Positions 10,100-19,611 of a DNA stretch of 64,000 nt are shown piece after piece. Location: NCBI GenBank assembly GCA_965224485.1, contig CBDCZH010000016.1, positions 192,001 to 256,000 on the forward strand, in the 5' to 3' direction. Position numbers and translations under genes: made by a program. The notes below the pieces were generated by a model. The model was not told where the DNA came from, did no database searches, and saw only the letters and a program-made list of their open reading frames with translations. The DNA comes from Arcobacteraceae bacterium. GTDB taxonomy: Bacteria > Campylobacterota > Campylobacteria > Campylobacterales > Arcobacteraceae. Position 1 is the stretch's first letter. Each line of letters opens with the position of its first letter.

Positions 10100-10849
10100 A
10101 TGAATAAAATTATTACACAGTTATCTAATAGAAAATCTATAAGACAATTTACAGGAGAAAGTATTAGTACTAATGATCTTGATCTTATTATTAAAACAGC
10201 ACAAAGATGTCCTACATCAATTAATGCACAACAAATATCATTGATTTATACAAGAGATAAAGAAAAAATAAAACAGCTTGCAGAACTTTGTGGAGGTCAA
10301 GAACAAGTTGCTACTGCTGATGTATTTATTACAATTGTTGTAGATTTTAATAGAACTATTTATGCTGTAAATCAAGTTGGAGAAGAGCATGTAATTGATA
10401 AGTCAGCAGAAGGTATACTAGTTGGTGCAGTCGATGCTGGAATTATGTTAAATGCTATTCAAGTTTCAGCAGAATCTTTAGGATATGGTACAACTGCTAT
10501 TGGTGCAATTAGGAATGAACCTGAGGCTATAATAAAATTATTAGGACTTCCTTCTAAAACATTTCCTATAGTCTCAACTACAATTGGTGTTCCAAGTAAA
10601 GAAGCACAAAATTCACCTCTAAAACCCAGAATACCAATAAATAGTTTTGCATTTGAAGATAAATATAATGATACAAAGGTAAAAGAGGGTGTTCTTATTT
10701 ACGAAAAAGAGATGAAAGAGTTTAGAGACGATAATAACATGGATTATTTAGAATCGTATTGTGAACAAACTGCAAAATATTATAAAAATATATATTTTAG
10801 AAAAATTGCTAAAAATTATAAAAAACAAGGTTTTGAATTTAAAGATTAA
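10100..10849 (+). CDS. NfsA/FRP-type NADPH nitroreductase
   Basis: RKSIRQF, PTSINAQ, IGAIRN and LKPRIP motifs. Confidence 0.9.
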   Translation: MNKIITQLSNRKSIRQFTGESISTNDLDLIIKTAQRCPTSINAQQISLIYTRDKEKIKQLAELCGGQEQVATADVFITIVVDFNRTIYAVNQVGEEHVIDKSAEGILVGAVDAGIMLNAIQVSAESLGYGTTAIGAIRNEPEAIIKLLGLPSKTFPIVSTTIGVPSKEAQNSPLKPRIPINSFAFEDKYNDTKVKEGVLIYEKEMKEFRDDNNMDYLESYCEQTAKYYKNIYFRKIAKNYKKQGFEFKD

Positions 10850-10914
10850 ATTAATATTGAAATAAAAGTATTGAAGTTATAGTTCTTTATAAGAGTGTAT
10901 GAGTCTTACTCATA

Positions 10915-11022
10915 GCACTCTTCTCCAGATACCTAAACACACTATAAGAAAAGGTGCCTTGCTATGTTCCCATCCTGGGGCATTGTCTTAAAAAACAGTT
11001 GTAAAGGTCTAAAGAAGAGCAC
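10915..11022 (-). ncRNA. ffs: Signal recognition particle 4.5S RNA
   Basis: Minus strand reads ...UGCCC-CAGG-AUG-GGAA-CAU-AGCA-AGGCA..., the conserved SRP domain IV symmetric loop with a GGAA tetraloop, on a long rod closed by GUGCUCUUCUUUAGA/UCUGGAGAAGAGUGC. Ends approximate. Confidence 0.9.
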
Positions 11023-11151
11023 AAAAAGTACCAAAATACTCTTTGTGCTTCTCTTTTAAGGTTGTAAGTTTATCTAAAACTTCTTTAATCTTACATAAAT
11101 AGCAAGTATAAAGTATTTTTTTGAGATAATACTTAAAAATTAGGAGCTAAA

Positions 11152-12057
11152 ATGAATACTAAACTAAGTTTTATTGGACTTTCTTCCCTTGTTTTAGCAA
11201 TGATAATTTGGGCAAGTTCTTTTATTGCTTTAAAAGCAGCTATGAGTGACATTGGTCCATTTACTGTAATATTTTTAAGAATGTTAATAGCTTCTTTATG
11301 TTTTGTTTATTTTATTAAGAGTTTTCTCAAATATGATTTTTCAAAAAAAGATATAAAATATATACTTTTATTAGCCTTGTTTGAACCTTGTTTATATTTT
11401 GTTTTTGAAGCAAAAGCTTTACAATATACTTCTGCTTCGCAAGCTGGAATGATAACTTCTGTTTTACCTTTAATTACTGCTATTTTTGCAGGTTATTTAT
11501 TGCAAGAGTTAATTACAAGAAGATTCATTTTTGGATCTTTATTAGCTATGTTAGGTGTAGTTTATTTAAGTGTAAATGCAAGTGCGAGTCTAAGTGCTCC
11601 AAACCCAATGTTGGGTAATTTTTTAGAGTTTTGTGCCATGGTTTGTGGGGCAGGATATACTATAGTTGCTAGATATTTAGCGAAAAAATATTCAGCTATT
11701 TTTATAACGGCTATTCAAGCTTTCTTAGGAGCTATTTTCTTTTTTCCTTTATTTTTATATGAATATAATACAATGACTATGAATTTTTCTTCACAAGCTT
11801 TATTATGGATTTTATATTTAGGAGTTGTTGTTACTTTAGGAGGATATGGTTTATATAATTATGCACTTACTAAAGTTGAAGCCTCAAAAGCTGCAATGTT
11901 TGTAAACTTAATACCAATCTTTACTCTTTTATTAGCCTTTGTCATTTTAAAAGAAGTGATAAGCACTTCACAATTAATAGCTTCAGCAGTTATTTTAACA
12001 GGTGTTATTATTTCGCAAGTTCCAGTTATAAAAATAAGAAGAAAAAAGAATAAGTGA
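11152..12057 (+). CDS. EamA/DMT family transporter
   Basis: IWASSF start, two EamA repeats, hydrophobic. Confidence 0.9.
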   Translation: MNTKLSFIGLSSLVLAMIIWASSFIALKAAMSDIGPFTVIFLRMLIASLCFVYFIKSFLKYDFSKKDIKYILLLALFEPCLYFVFEAKALQYTSASQAGMITSVLPLITAIFAGYLLQELITRRFIFGSLLAMLGVVYLSVNASASLSAPNPMLGNFLEFCAMVCGAGYTIVARYLAKKYSAIFITAIQAFLGAIFFFPLFLYEYNTMTMNFSSQALLWILYLGVVVTLGGYGLYNYALTKVEASKAAMFVNLIPIFTLLLAFVILKEVISTSQLIASAVILTGVIISQVPVIKIRRKKNK

Positions 12058-12464
12058 CTTACCTAAGCTTATTTATAACTGCTTTAATATCAGCCACACT
12101 TTTTCCCCTAGGAAGTGAGGCTTTATTAGTTTATGATATTAAAGAAGGGTATAACCTAGCTCTTTTATTATTTGTTGCAAGTTTTGGGAATACTTTAGGA
12201 TCTATTATTAATTATTATTTAGGTTTTAAAGGTGAGGCATACTTAGAAAAGAAGAAGTATTTAAATAAAAATAAAATTATTAAATATAAAAGATTTTTCG
12301 ATAAATATGGTTCTTTTACCCTACTTTTATCCTGGCTTCCATTTTTTGGTGATCCACTTACTTTTATTGCAGGAATTTTAAAATACGATATAAAAAAGTT
12401 TATTTTACTTGTAGGACTTGCAAAGTTTTTACGCTATTTTATTTTAGCCATGTTTATAATATAG
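12054..12464 (+). CDS. YqaA/DedA family membrane protein
   Basis: SATLFPLGSE and LLSWLPFFGDPLTFIAG motifs. Confidence 0.9.
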   Translation: MTYLSLFITALISATLFPLGSEALLVYDIKEGYNLALLLFVASFGNTLGSIINYYLGFKGEAYLEKKKYLNKNKIIKYKRFFDKYGSFTLLLSWLPFFGDPLTFIAGILKYDIKKFILLVGLAKFLRYFILAMFII

Positions 12465-12546
12465 ATTTTAATTTTTTACCTAAAAAAACTAAAGAAATAC
12501 AGTTAAAGCTAATAAGTAAAAGTAAAATTAAATTTAGTGTACTCAT
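12454..12546 (-). CDS. Unannotated 30-aa hydrophobic small protein MSTLNLILLLLISFNCISLVFLGKKLKSIL
   Basis: AAGGA RBS just upstream of ATG; one TM-like stretch and a basic tail; shorter than any ORF in the track. Confidence 0.45.
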   Translation of the reverse strand: MSTLNLILLLLISFNCISLVFLGKKLKSIL

Positions 12547-12558
12547 ATAAAATCCTTT

Positions 12559-12580
12559 TTAGAGTAAAATTTTACTCTAA
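12559..12580. promoter_or_regulatory. Perfect 22-bp palindrome TTAGAGTAAAATTTTACTCTAA (terminator or operator downstream of modC)
   Basis: Direct reading of the sequence. Confidence 0.4.
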
Positions 12581-12601
12581 GCTTATTACTAAATGATTAC
12601 A

Positions 12602-13450
12602 TTATTTTATAATAGGTGAAAAGGCCTTTGTCCCTACTCTTATAATAGAGCCTATTTTTAAACTTTGTGCTTTTGATTTTGTTATAACTACTTCTACTAA
12701 CTGCTGACCTATTGATATTAAGGCTATATAAATTACATCTACTTTTTTTATATCTAAAAGTTTACCTTCAAAAGAAAATTTTTGGCTTCCTTGTGTTTTT
12801 AATAAAATATCTTTTGCTTCTCCATCTTTAATAATTTTTCCTTGCTCTAAAATAATAGACCTTGTACTTAATTTATACATTTCACTAGGATCATGGCTTA
12901 CCATTATTGTTGTGGTTTCAAACTCTTGATGTAAGGCTAGGATTTCATTTTGAAGTTTTTCTCTCATATTATGATCTAAAGCAGATAAGGGTTCATCTAA
13001 AAGTAGAAGTTTAGGTTTTTTCATTAAAGCTCGGCATAAGGCAACTCTTTGTTTCTGACCTCCACTTAAAGTGGTAGGTAGCCTTTTTCTTAAGGTTTTT
13101 AGCTCTGTCATATCTAATAATTTATCACAAAGTGTTTTGTCTTTTTTTACATATAAAAGATTTTCTTCTATACTCATATTAGGAAAAAGTGCATAATCTT
13201 GAAATACAAAACCAATTTCTCTTTTTTGTATGCTAAGTTGAAAATTATCATCTAACCAAAGCTCATTATTTACTGATATATTTCCTTTGGCTTCTTCAAG
13301 ACCTGCTAAAATTCTTAAAAAAGTAGTTTTACCTGAGCCACTTTTTCCGCTTAAACTTAAGAACTCTTTTCTTTTGATATTAAGTTTTACCTCAAGAGAC
13401 ATCTCTTTTGTAGTTCCATATAGTTTTTTCTGTATATCTATTTTAATCAT
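12602..13450 (-). CDS. modC: Molybdate ABC transporter ATPase
   Basis: GKSGSGKT, FQDYALFP, LSGGQKQR, C-terminal TOBE-like region; mod operon context. Confidence 0.9.
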   Translation of the reverse strand: MIKIDIQKKLYGTTKEMSLEVKLNIKRKEFLSLSGKSGSGKTTFLRILAGLEEAKGNISVNNELWLDDNFQLSIQKREIGFVFQDYALFPNMSIEENLLYVKKDKTLCDKLLDMTELKTLRKRLPTTLSGGQKQRVALCRALMKKPKLLLLDEPLSALDHNMREKLQNEILALHQEFETTTIMVSHDPSEMYKLSTRSIILEQGKIIKDGEAKDILLKTQGSQKFSFEGKLLDIKKVDVIYIALISIGQQLVEVVITKSKAQSLKIGSIIRVGTKAFSPIIK

Positions 13451-14154
13451 TAAAATTTTCCAAATCTATGTTTGTATTTTGCATTGAATATATAAACACT
13501 TAATAAAACTATAAAACTCATAACAAGCATTAAAATAGAGTAGATATGAGCACTTTTATAGTCTAAAATTTCTACAAATTCATAAATTGCAACTGATGCT
13601 ACTTTTGTTTCGCCTGCTATTGAACCACCTATCATTAAAACTACTCCAAATTCTCCTACAGTGTGAGCGAAGGTAACTATTAAAGATGTTAAAATTGCTG
13701 GTTTCATATTTGGTAATATTACTTTTATTATTGTAATAACAGTTGATTTTCCAGCTATATAAGAAGCTTCTATCATATTTTTATTAATACTTTCAAAACC
13801 AGCTTGCAGGGGTTGCGTCATAAAAGGCAAGGAGTAAAAACAAGAAGCAATTACTAAACCTGTAAAGTTAAAAACTAAAGATATTCCAAAATATTCTTGA
13901 AAAAAACTTCCTATAAAAGAGTTAGATGAAAGTGAAAATAAAATATAAAAACCGATTACTGAAGGTGGAAGAACTAAAGGAAGGGCGGTTAGTGCTTCAA
14001 GTAAGGGTTTAAATCTACTTTTACTTTGGGAGAGATACCAAGATAAAGGAAGACTTAGACAAAATAATATAATAGTAGTAAGTGCGGCTAATTTAAAAGA
14101 TAATAAAAAGGGTTGAAAATCAATATTTTGTAAACTTTGTATTATTTCATTCAT
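13450..14154 (-). CDS. modB: Molybdate ABC transporter permease
   Basis: [13 protein letters not shown] and [16 protein letters not shown] motifs. Confidence 0.95.
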   Translation of the reverse strand: MNEIIQSLQNIDFQPFLLSFKLAALTTIILFCLSLPLSWYLSQSKSRFKPLLEALTALPLVLPPSVIGFYILFSLSSNSFIGSFFQEYFGISLVFNFTGLVIASCFYSLPFMTQPLQAGFESINKNMIEASYIAGKSTVITIIKVILPNMKPAILTSLIVTFAHTVGEFGVVLMIGGSIAGETKVASVAIYEFVEILDYKSAHIYSILMLVMSFIVLLSVYIFNAKYKHRFGKF

Positions 14155-14570
14155 AATACTTCTTTTATTGATAATTCACTTGCTTTTATTAAAGCTATTA
14201 CTGTGTCGTTTATTTTTAAATCAAGTTTTTTTGCACTTGCACTTGTGATTAAACTTTCAAGAATAGTATCTTGTATTTTAAGTTTAATAAAGCACAAAAG
14301 TTGCCCTACTTCAAGCTCTATAATTGTGCACTTAATTTGATTTGAATAAGAAAGAATTTCATTTAGCTTTTCTACATCTTTAGCAATTGCTATATGTGAA
14401 GCATTTACGCTTAAAATTACATTCTGCCCTACTTTAGTATTATTTAAACCTAAACTCATCATTGATAGTTTTTGTTCTAAAAAAGAAAAAGTAACTATGT
14501 TTAAATTATCTACATTTTGTATTTTTTCTATACTTGCGTATAGTTCATTGTTATCATATGAAAAAATCAT
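14151..14570 (-). CDS. TOBE/Mop-domain molybdate-binding protein
   Basis: [11 protein letters not shown] and [13 protein letters not shown]...ALIKASE Mop motifs. Confidence 0.85.
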   Translation of the reverse strand: MIFSYDNNELYASIEKIQNVDNLNIVTFSFLEQKLSMMSLGLNNTKVGQNVILSVNASHIAIAKDVEKLNEILSYSNQIKCTIIELEVGQLLCFIKLKIQDTILESLITSASAKKLDLKINDTVIALIKASELSIKEVL

Positions 14571-15307
14571 GGAACTAGGTATCCAAAGTTTTCTAAAATC
14601 TTTTTAGCTTTCAAGCTCAAGATAAAATCATAAAATTCTTTTGCTTCTTTTTTATGTTTAGAATTTTTAAGTATTACTATTCCTTGATTTATACTCTCAT
14701 ATAAGTTTTTATCAATATTTAGGTAGTTTTGACCTTCTTTATACTTTAACATAGAAGGTGCAAAAAGTGATGATTTTGCAATAAAACCAATTTCCGCAGC
14801 ATTTAGTGTATATGTTACAGCTTGTGAAATAGAGCCTGCATAAATTAGTTTATGTTTGAGTTCTTTTAAAAGTTTTGCATTTTTTAACACTTCTTTTGAA
14901 ACTTTGCCATAAGGTGCAGTTTTAGGATTAGCTAGAGCTATTCTTTTTATGTCTTTATTTCTTAAAATATCTAGTTTTTGTGAAAAGTCCCGTTTTTTAC
15001 TAGAAAAAAGCACTAAAGAACCTTTTGCATAGATTTTAGCTTTAAATAGTGTTAGGTTTTTTTTGTATAAAAAATCTGGATATTTCATATCAGCAGACAT
15101 AAATATATCATAAGGTGCACTGTTTTGTATTTGTGAGCTTAGTTTTCCACTAGAAGAGATACTAAGTTTAACTTTAGTTTTAGGATATTCTTTGTTGAAC
15201 TCTTTTATTAAAGTTGGCATAACATATGATAAATTTGAGGCTAGTGCTATATTCAAGCAAAATGCTTGAGATATAAAAATAAAACTTAGAAAAAGTATTT
15301 TAATCAT
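14567..15307 (-). CDS. modA: Molybdate ABC transporter periplasmic binding protein
   Basis: Signal peptide, SSGKL, DIFMSAD and ANPKTAPYG motifs. Confidence 0.95.
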   Translation of the reverse strand: MIKILFLSFIFISQAFCLNIALASNLSYVMPTLIKEFNKEYPKTKVKLSISSSGKLSSQIQNSAPYDIFMSADMKYPDFLYKKNLTLFKAKIYAKGSLVLFSSKKRDFSQKLDILRNKDIKRIALANPKTAPYGKVSKEVLKNAKLLKELKHKLIYAGSISQAVTYTLNAAEIGFIAKSSLFAPSMLKYKEGQNYLNIDKNLYESINQGIVILKNSKHKKEAKEFYDFILSLKAKKILENFGYLVP

Positions 15308-15315
15308 AATAGTCC

Positions 15316-16086
15316 TTACATTATTGAAATATTATATGCTTTAAATTGTGCATATACTAAATCATTTTCTTTTAAAGCTAATTTTTTACAAGATGCTGAA
15401 GTTATTTTTGCATGAATCGTATCTTTATGTTTACATAACAATGTTAAGTTAGTGTTTATTCCATCATCATTTATAGCTATAATCACAGCTTCTAATATAT
15501 TTCTAGCAGAAGATTTATTTTTCTGTTTATGAATAATAATAGCTGATGTTTCAACTAAAAAATTTATCTCTTGGTTTATTTTCAAAAGTTTCTTTTCTAC
15601 AAAATCTTTTGAATTTATAGAAAATAGTTTTTGTTTAGATTCTAAAGTTATTTCTATTTCATAATTGCTGTTTATTAAACTTAAGTTACTTATGTGAGCT
15701 TTTAATCTTGTAAAAGAGGGTGGAATTTCTTTTTCTTCATCAATATTTTCATTAAAAGATTGTTCTAAAATTTTTAAATAGTTTTCATTTAACGTTTGTA
15801 TTTCATTGAAATTATGTATTAGCTCTTTAGCAATAGAAGTAAGAACGCTCCCTCCTCCACCTTTCCCTCCAGTAACTCTTGTTACTAAAGTTTTATTTGA
15901 GAGTTTATTCATAATATCAATACTATCCCAAGCAGCTTTGTATGACATTTTCATATATTTAGCAGCTTTTGAAATTGAACCATAAATCTCTATATTTGAA
16001 AGAAGTTCAATTCTTCCTTTTCCTATAAAGTTACGTTCTTCTTTCTTCACCCATATTTGTCCATCTATTGTAAATAAATTATTCAT
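15316..16086 (-). CDS. modE: Molybdate-responsive regulator
   Basis: GSISKAAKYMKMSYKAAWD wHTH, GGKGGGGS, SSARN Mop motif. Confidence 0.92.
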   Translation of the reverse strand: MNNLFTIDGQIWVKKEERNFIGKGRIELLSNIEIYGSISKAAKYMKMSYKAAWDSIDIMNKLSNKTLVTRVTGGKGGGGSVLTSIAKELIHNFNEIQTLNENYLKILEQSFNENIDEEKEIPPSFTRLKAHISNLSLINSNYEIEITLESKQKLFSINSKDFVEKKLLKINQEINFLVETSAIIIHKQKNKSSARNILEAVIIAINDDGINTNLTLLCKHKDTIHAKITSASCKKLALKENDLVYAQFKAYNISIM

Positions 16087-16087
16087 A

Positions 16088-16122
16088 AGCGTAATATAAC
16101 AAAATATATAACGCTATGTCAA
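16088..16122 (-). promoter_or_regulatory. ModE box overlapping a sigma70 promoter of the mod operon
   Basis: Minus strand: TTGACA-t-AGCGTTATATA-ttttgt-TATATTACGCT-t-ATG, matching the ModE consensus CGTTATATA-N-TATATAACG. Confidence 0.8.
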
Positions 16123-16161
16123 ACATTTTGTAATTTTTGATAGTTTTGTATACAATGTTTT

Positions 16162-16770
16162 ATGAAAGAAATTACAAAAGAAGAAGCTTTTTTATTTTTA
16201 AGAAAAACTGTAAATGATTATTATTTATTATCTGATGAAACTTTTTTATGTCTACAAAATATTTGTACTTTTACTTATGTAAAGAAAAATGAATCTATTT
16301 GTAAAATAAATGAAGTACCAAAATATTTTTATTTTGTACTAAAAGGTTTATTTCGATCTTTTATTATAAGTAGCAAAGGGAAAGAATACAATAAAAACTT
16401 TTTTACAGAAGGTATGTTTCCTGGTTCCATGAGTTCTTTATTAAAAAATGAGAGTTCTAGTTTTGAGATACAAGCTTTAGAAAACTCATATATATTCAAA
16501 ATAGATTTTAAAAAATATAGAGAATTACTCTTAGTTTCAGAAGATTTAAAATTATTTCAAATTTATTATTTAGAAGAAAACTGGTTATTGCAAAAAGATA
16601 GCAGAGAAGTTTCTATTGTGCAAGATGATGCACTTATGAGATATGAAGAGTTTATATTTGCAAATAAAAATCTTGTAACTAGATTAACAAAATATCATAT
16701 TGCCTCACATTTAGGAATTACTGCAACACAATTAAGTAGAATTCGCAAAAATATCAACATATGTAAATGA
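16162..16770 (+). CDS. Crp/Fnr family regulator
   Basis: cNMP-binding fold region plus IASHLGITATQLSRIR HTH. Confidence 0.9.
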   Translation: MKEITKEEAFLFLRKTVNDYYLLSDETFLCLQNICTFTYVKKNESICKINEVPKYFYFVLKGLFRSFIISSKGKEYNKNFFTEGMFPGSMSSLLKNESSSFEIQALENSYIFKIDFKKYRELLLVSEDLKLFQIYYLEENWLLQKDSREVSIVQDDALMRYEEFIFANKNLVTRLTKYHIASHLGITATQLSRIRKNINICK

Positions 16771-16826
16771 CAATATTTTCTAAAAACATTAAAATGTTCG
16801 TATAAATTAATTATACGAGGATATAT

Positions 16827-17270
16827 ATGTTGTATTTTATTTTACTCTCTTTTTTTGCAGGTGTTGCAATAGCCTTGCAGGCAAATATTAATTCTTATGT
16901 TGGTGTTATATTAACTAGCTCAATAATAGCAACACTTTTTGCTTTAATAAGTAGTTTGCTTATTACAAGTATTGCTAGTCTTGTTTTAGTAAAAGAGCTC
17001 CCAAGTCTTGAAATAATTAAAACAGTTCCTATTTATTTGTGGTTTGTTATTGGACTTCTAAGCTCTTTTGCTTTAGCTTCATTTTATTTTGTAATTCCAA
17101 AAATAGGAATATTAAATATGTTAAGTTTTGCTATTTGTGGACAAGTGATATTTTCACTAATTTCAAGCCATTTTGCTTGGTTTGATTTACCCGTTTCAAC
17201 TATAAATACAAGTAAGGTAGTAGGTGTTATATCTATGTTATTTGGAATATTTTTAATTAATAAAGGATAA
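16827..17270 (+). CDS. YdcZ-like DMT family membrane protein
   Basis: AGVAIALQANIN and GQVIFSLISSHFAWF motifs. Confidence 0.8.
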   Translation: MLYFILLSFFAGVAIALQANINSYVGVILTSSIIATLFALISSLLITSIASLVLVKELPSLEIIKTVPIYLWFVIGLLSSFALASFYFVIPKIGILNMLSFAICGQVIFSLISSHFAWFDLPVSTINTSKVVGVISMLFGIFLINKG

Positions 17271-17285
17271 GTTATCAAAAAAGAA

Positions 17286-18086
17286 ATGTTAAAAGAATAT
17301 CTTGATATTTTAGATATGAACGAAGATATAAAAAATGTAGAAGATATAACAAGGCTGATGCAAGCACATTTAAATATTTTTCCTTTTTCTAGTGCAAAGG
17401 TATTATTAAAATATGAAATTTCCTTAGATATTAAAGATATTTTTGCAAGTATTGTTTTACAAAAAAAAGGAGGCTACTGTTTTGAACATAATAAACTATT
17501 TTATGAAGTGCTAAAAGCCTTAGGTTTTAAAGTAGAATTCTTTCTTGCCAGAGTTATAAATAATACTAAGAATATTGTTCCTTTAACGCATAGAATAACA
17601 GTTTTATATATAAGAAGCGAAAAATATTTAATTGATGTTGGATTTGGTTTTAGAACTCCAATCATAGCTGTCAAGTTCTCTTTGCAAAAACAATATAGTC
17701 ATTTAGGAACTTCGTATTTTATAAAAAAGGAAGATGATTCTTATTCTATGGTTTTGTCTGATGAGAAGGAAGATTTTGTAGCAACAAGTTTTACCTTAGA
17801 TAAATATCATGAAGCTGATTGTATTTTAGGTCACTTCTATTCATCAAGATATGAGAAAGCTGCTTTTGTAAATAATCTTGTAGTTTCTTTAATAAAAAAA
17901 GACCGTATGTATTCACTTGTTAATAATAGATATGAAATAAAATATACAAATGGAAGAAAATATAAGAAAGAGATAATAATAATAAATTCATATATACAAT
18001 TTGAAAGTATTTTAGACAAAGATTTGAATTTACACTTAGAAAATAAAGAGATAAAATATTTATATGATAGATTTATCAATGTGTAA
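17286..18086 (+). CDS. Arylamine N-acetyltransferase family
   Basis: GGYCFEHN (Cys), THR (His) and DVGFG (Asp) catalytic triad. Confidence 0.92.
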   Translation: MLKEYLDILDMNEDIKNVEDITRLMQAHLNIFPFSSAKVLLKYEISLDIKDIFASIVLQKKGGYCFEHNKLFYEVLKALGFKVEFFLARVINNTKNIVPLTHRITVLYIRSEKYLIDVGFGFRTPIIAVKFSLQKQYSHLGTSYFIKKEDDSYSMVLSDEKEDFVATSFTLDKYHEADCILGHFYSSRYEKAAFVNNLVVSLIKKDRMYSLVNNRYEIKYTNGRKYKKEIIIINSYIQFESILDKDLNLHLENKEIKYLYDRFINV

Positions 18087-18137
18087 AATAAGAAAAAAAT
18101 ACCTTTTTATACTATAATCTTATTTAAATTTAATTAA

Positions 18138-18569
18138 ATGAGTATATACATGAAAAAAAATGATGTTAGTTTAGAAAGAGTTTTTGAAAAACCTATAAAA
18201 ATCTTTGGTAAACAGTTAAAAGTTATGAGAGTAATACTAATTTCTCTTGTTTCTGTAATATATGGAGCTTCACTTTTTTATGAAACAAATTCATATATTG
18301 CTTTAGCTTGGGCTCTTTTGTCTTTAGTTTTACTCTCAGTGATGGCCTTATTGTTATATAAAAGAATTTTATATTTTAATGAATACTGCTTGGAGTGTTC
18401 ACCTGCTGGAGATCTATTTTTAACAAAACTTCATGGTCATTGTTCTAAGTGTGATGGGCATTTAAGAATAAAAAAGAATAAAAAAACTTCATATATTCAA
18501 TGTGATAAAGATGCGAATCATGTTTGGAATTTATTTGAAAATGAAGTAAAAGAAGAGAAAAAGTCTTAA
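18138..18569 (+). CDS. Hypothetical membrane protein with C-terminal Zn-ribbon-like motif
   Basis: Two TM segments, then CSKCDG...CDKDANH. Confidence 0.6.
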   Translation: MSIYMKKNDVSLERVFEKPIKIFGKQLKVMRVILISLVSVIYGASLFYETNSYIALAWALLSLVLLSVMALLLYKRILYFNEYCLECSPAGDLFLTKLHGHCSKCDGHLRIKKNKKTSYIQCDKDANHVWNLFENEVKEEKKS

Positions 18570-19474
18570 CTCTCTTCTTCAAACTTTTTAAATATATCTT
18601 TGTTTTTTGAGAATATTTTATAAATAATATTTTTATAAGTAAATTCTAAATAATTTGCTTGTAACCAAAGTCTTGAGCAACCACTTGCTTTAATTCTATC
18701 TTCTTTTGATAGTTTTTTATCTAAATAATCTTCTGCTTCTTCATCGCTAACTCCATAAATAGGGTCACCTAAAATAGTATGAGAGATTGAGTGAAGGTGT
18801 ACTCTTATTTGATGCTGTCTACCTGTTAGTGGAATTATTTCTATTAAAGTACAATTTGTTTTTTTATTATATAAAATTGGTTTTATATAAGTACTTGAAC
18901 TTTTACCCTCGCCTTCTTCACAAACTTTCATACGAACGCCTATCTTTTTACCCTCTTTATTTAAAGCTTTGTTTATATTTACGTCTTCTTTCATTTCTCC
19001 TCTTACAATAGCTATGTAAGATTTTTTATACTCTTTTTGCTCAAACATATCTGCTAAGGCATTTATACTCTTGTCATGTAAACCAACAAGGACTAAACCA
19101 GAGGTTTCAGCATCGATTCTATGAACTTGATTTGCATTTTTACCTAGGTGGTATTTTATTTCATCTAATAAACTATAAGGTGTTTTCTTTGAGTTTGGAT
19201 GTATCATCAAATGACTTGGTTTATCAAATAAAGCAAAGTCTTTAAATATTATTAATGGTTTTAAACCTCTTGTATGTCCTTCAAATTCAGCTATATAAAT
19301 ATTATTTTCTCTTACTTGCTCATGTATCTTATAAGGGTGTTTATTAAGGTCAAATACTCTTGCTTTACTTAACATTCTTTGGGAGAAAGAAGCGCTTAAA
19401 TGGGCATCTTGCATCAAACTTACATGTATTTTCTTACCTATACAAGAATTATATTTTTTTAAAATAAAAGGCAA
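18566..19474 (-). CDS. RluA family pseudouridine synthase
   Basis: HRIDAETSG (catalytic Asp), TGRQHQIRVH and ILGDPIYG motifs. Confidence 0.92.
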   Translation of the reverse strand: MPFILKKYNSCIGKKIHVSLMQDAHLSASFSQRMLSKARVFDLNKHPYKIHEQVRENNIYIAEFEGHTRGLKPLIIFKDFALFDKPSHLMIHPNSKKTPYSLLDEIKYHLGKNANQVHRIDAETSGLVLVGLHDKSINALADMFEQKEYKKSYIAIVRGEMKEDVNINKALNKEGKKIGVRMKVCEEGEGKSSSTYIKPILYNKKTNCTLIEIIPLTGRQHQIRVHLHSISHTILGDPIYGVSDEEAEDYLDKKLSKEDRIKASGCSRLWLQANYLEFTYKNIIYKIFSKNKDIFKKFEEES

Positions 19475-19611
19475 ATTGTTTTCCTAAAAATTAAGTTAAA
19501 ATTAACCAAAAATTAATGAAAAATTTTGGCTAAATTAGTTAATATAATCATACTAAAAAAAATAGAAATTCTTAATGAACTTAAATTACATTATAAACAA
19601 GGGATATATAA

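Noticed and set aside
10880..11060. Riboswitch upstream of the EamA transporter
   Set aside because: The structured region is explained by SRP RNA on the opposite strand.
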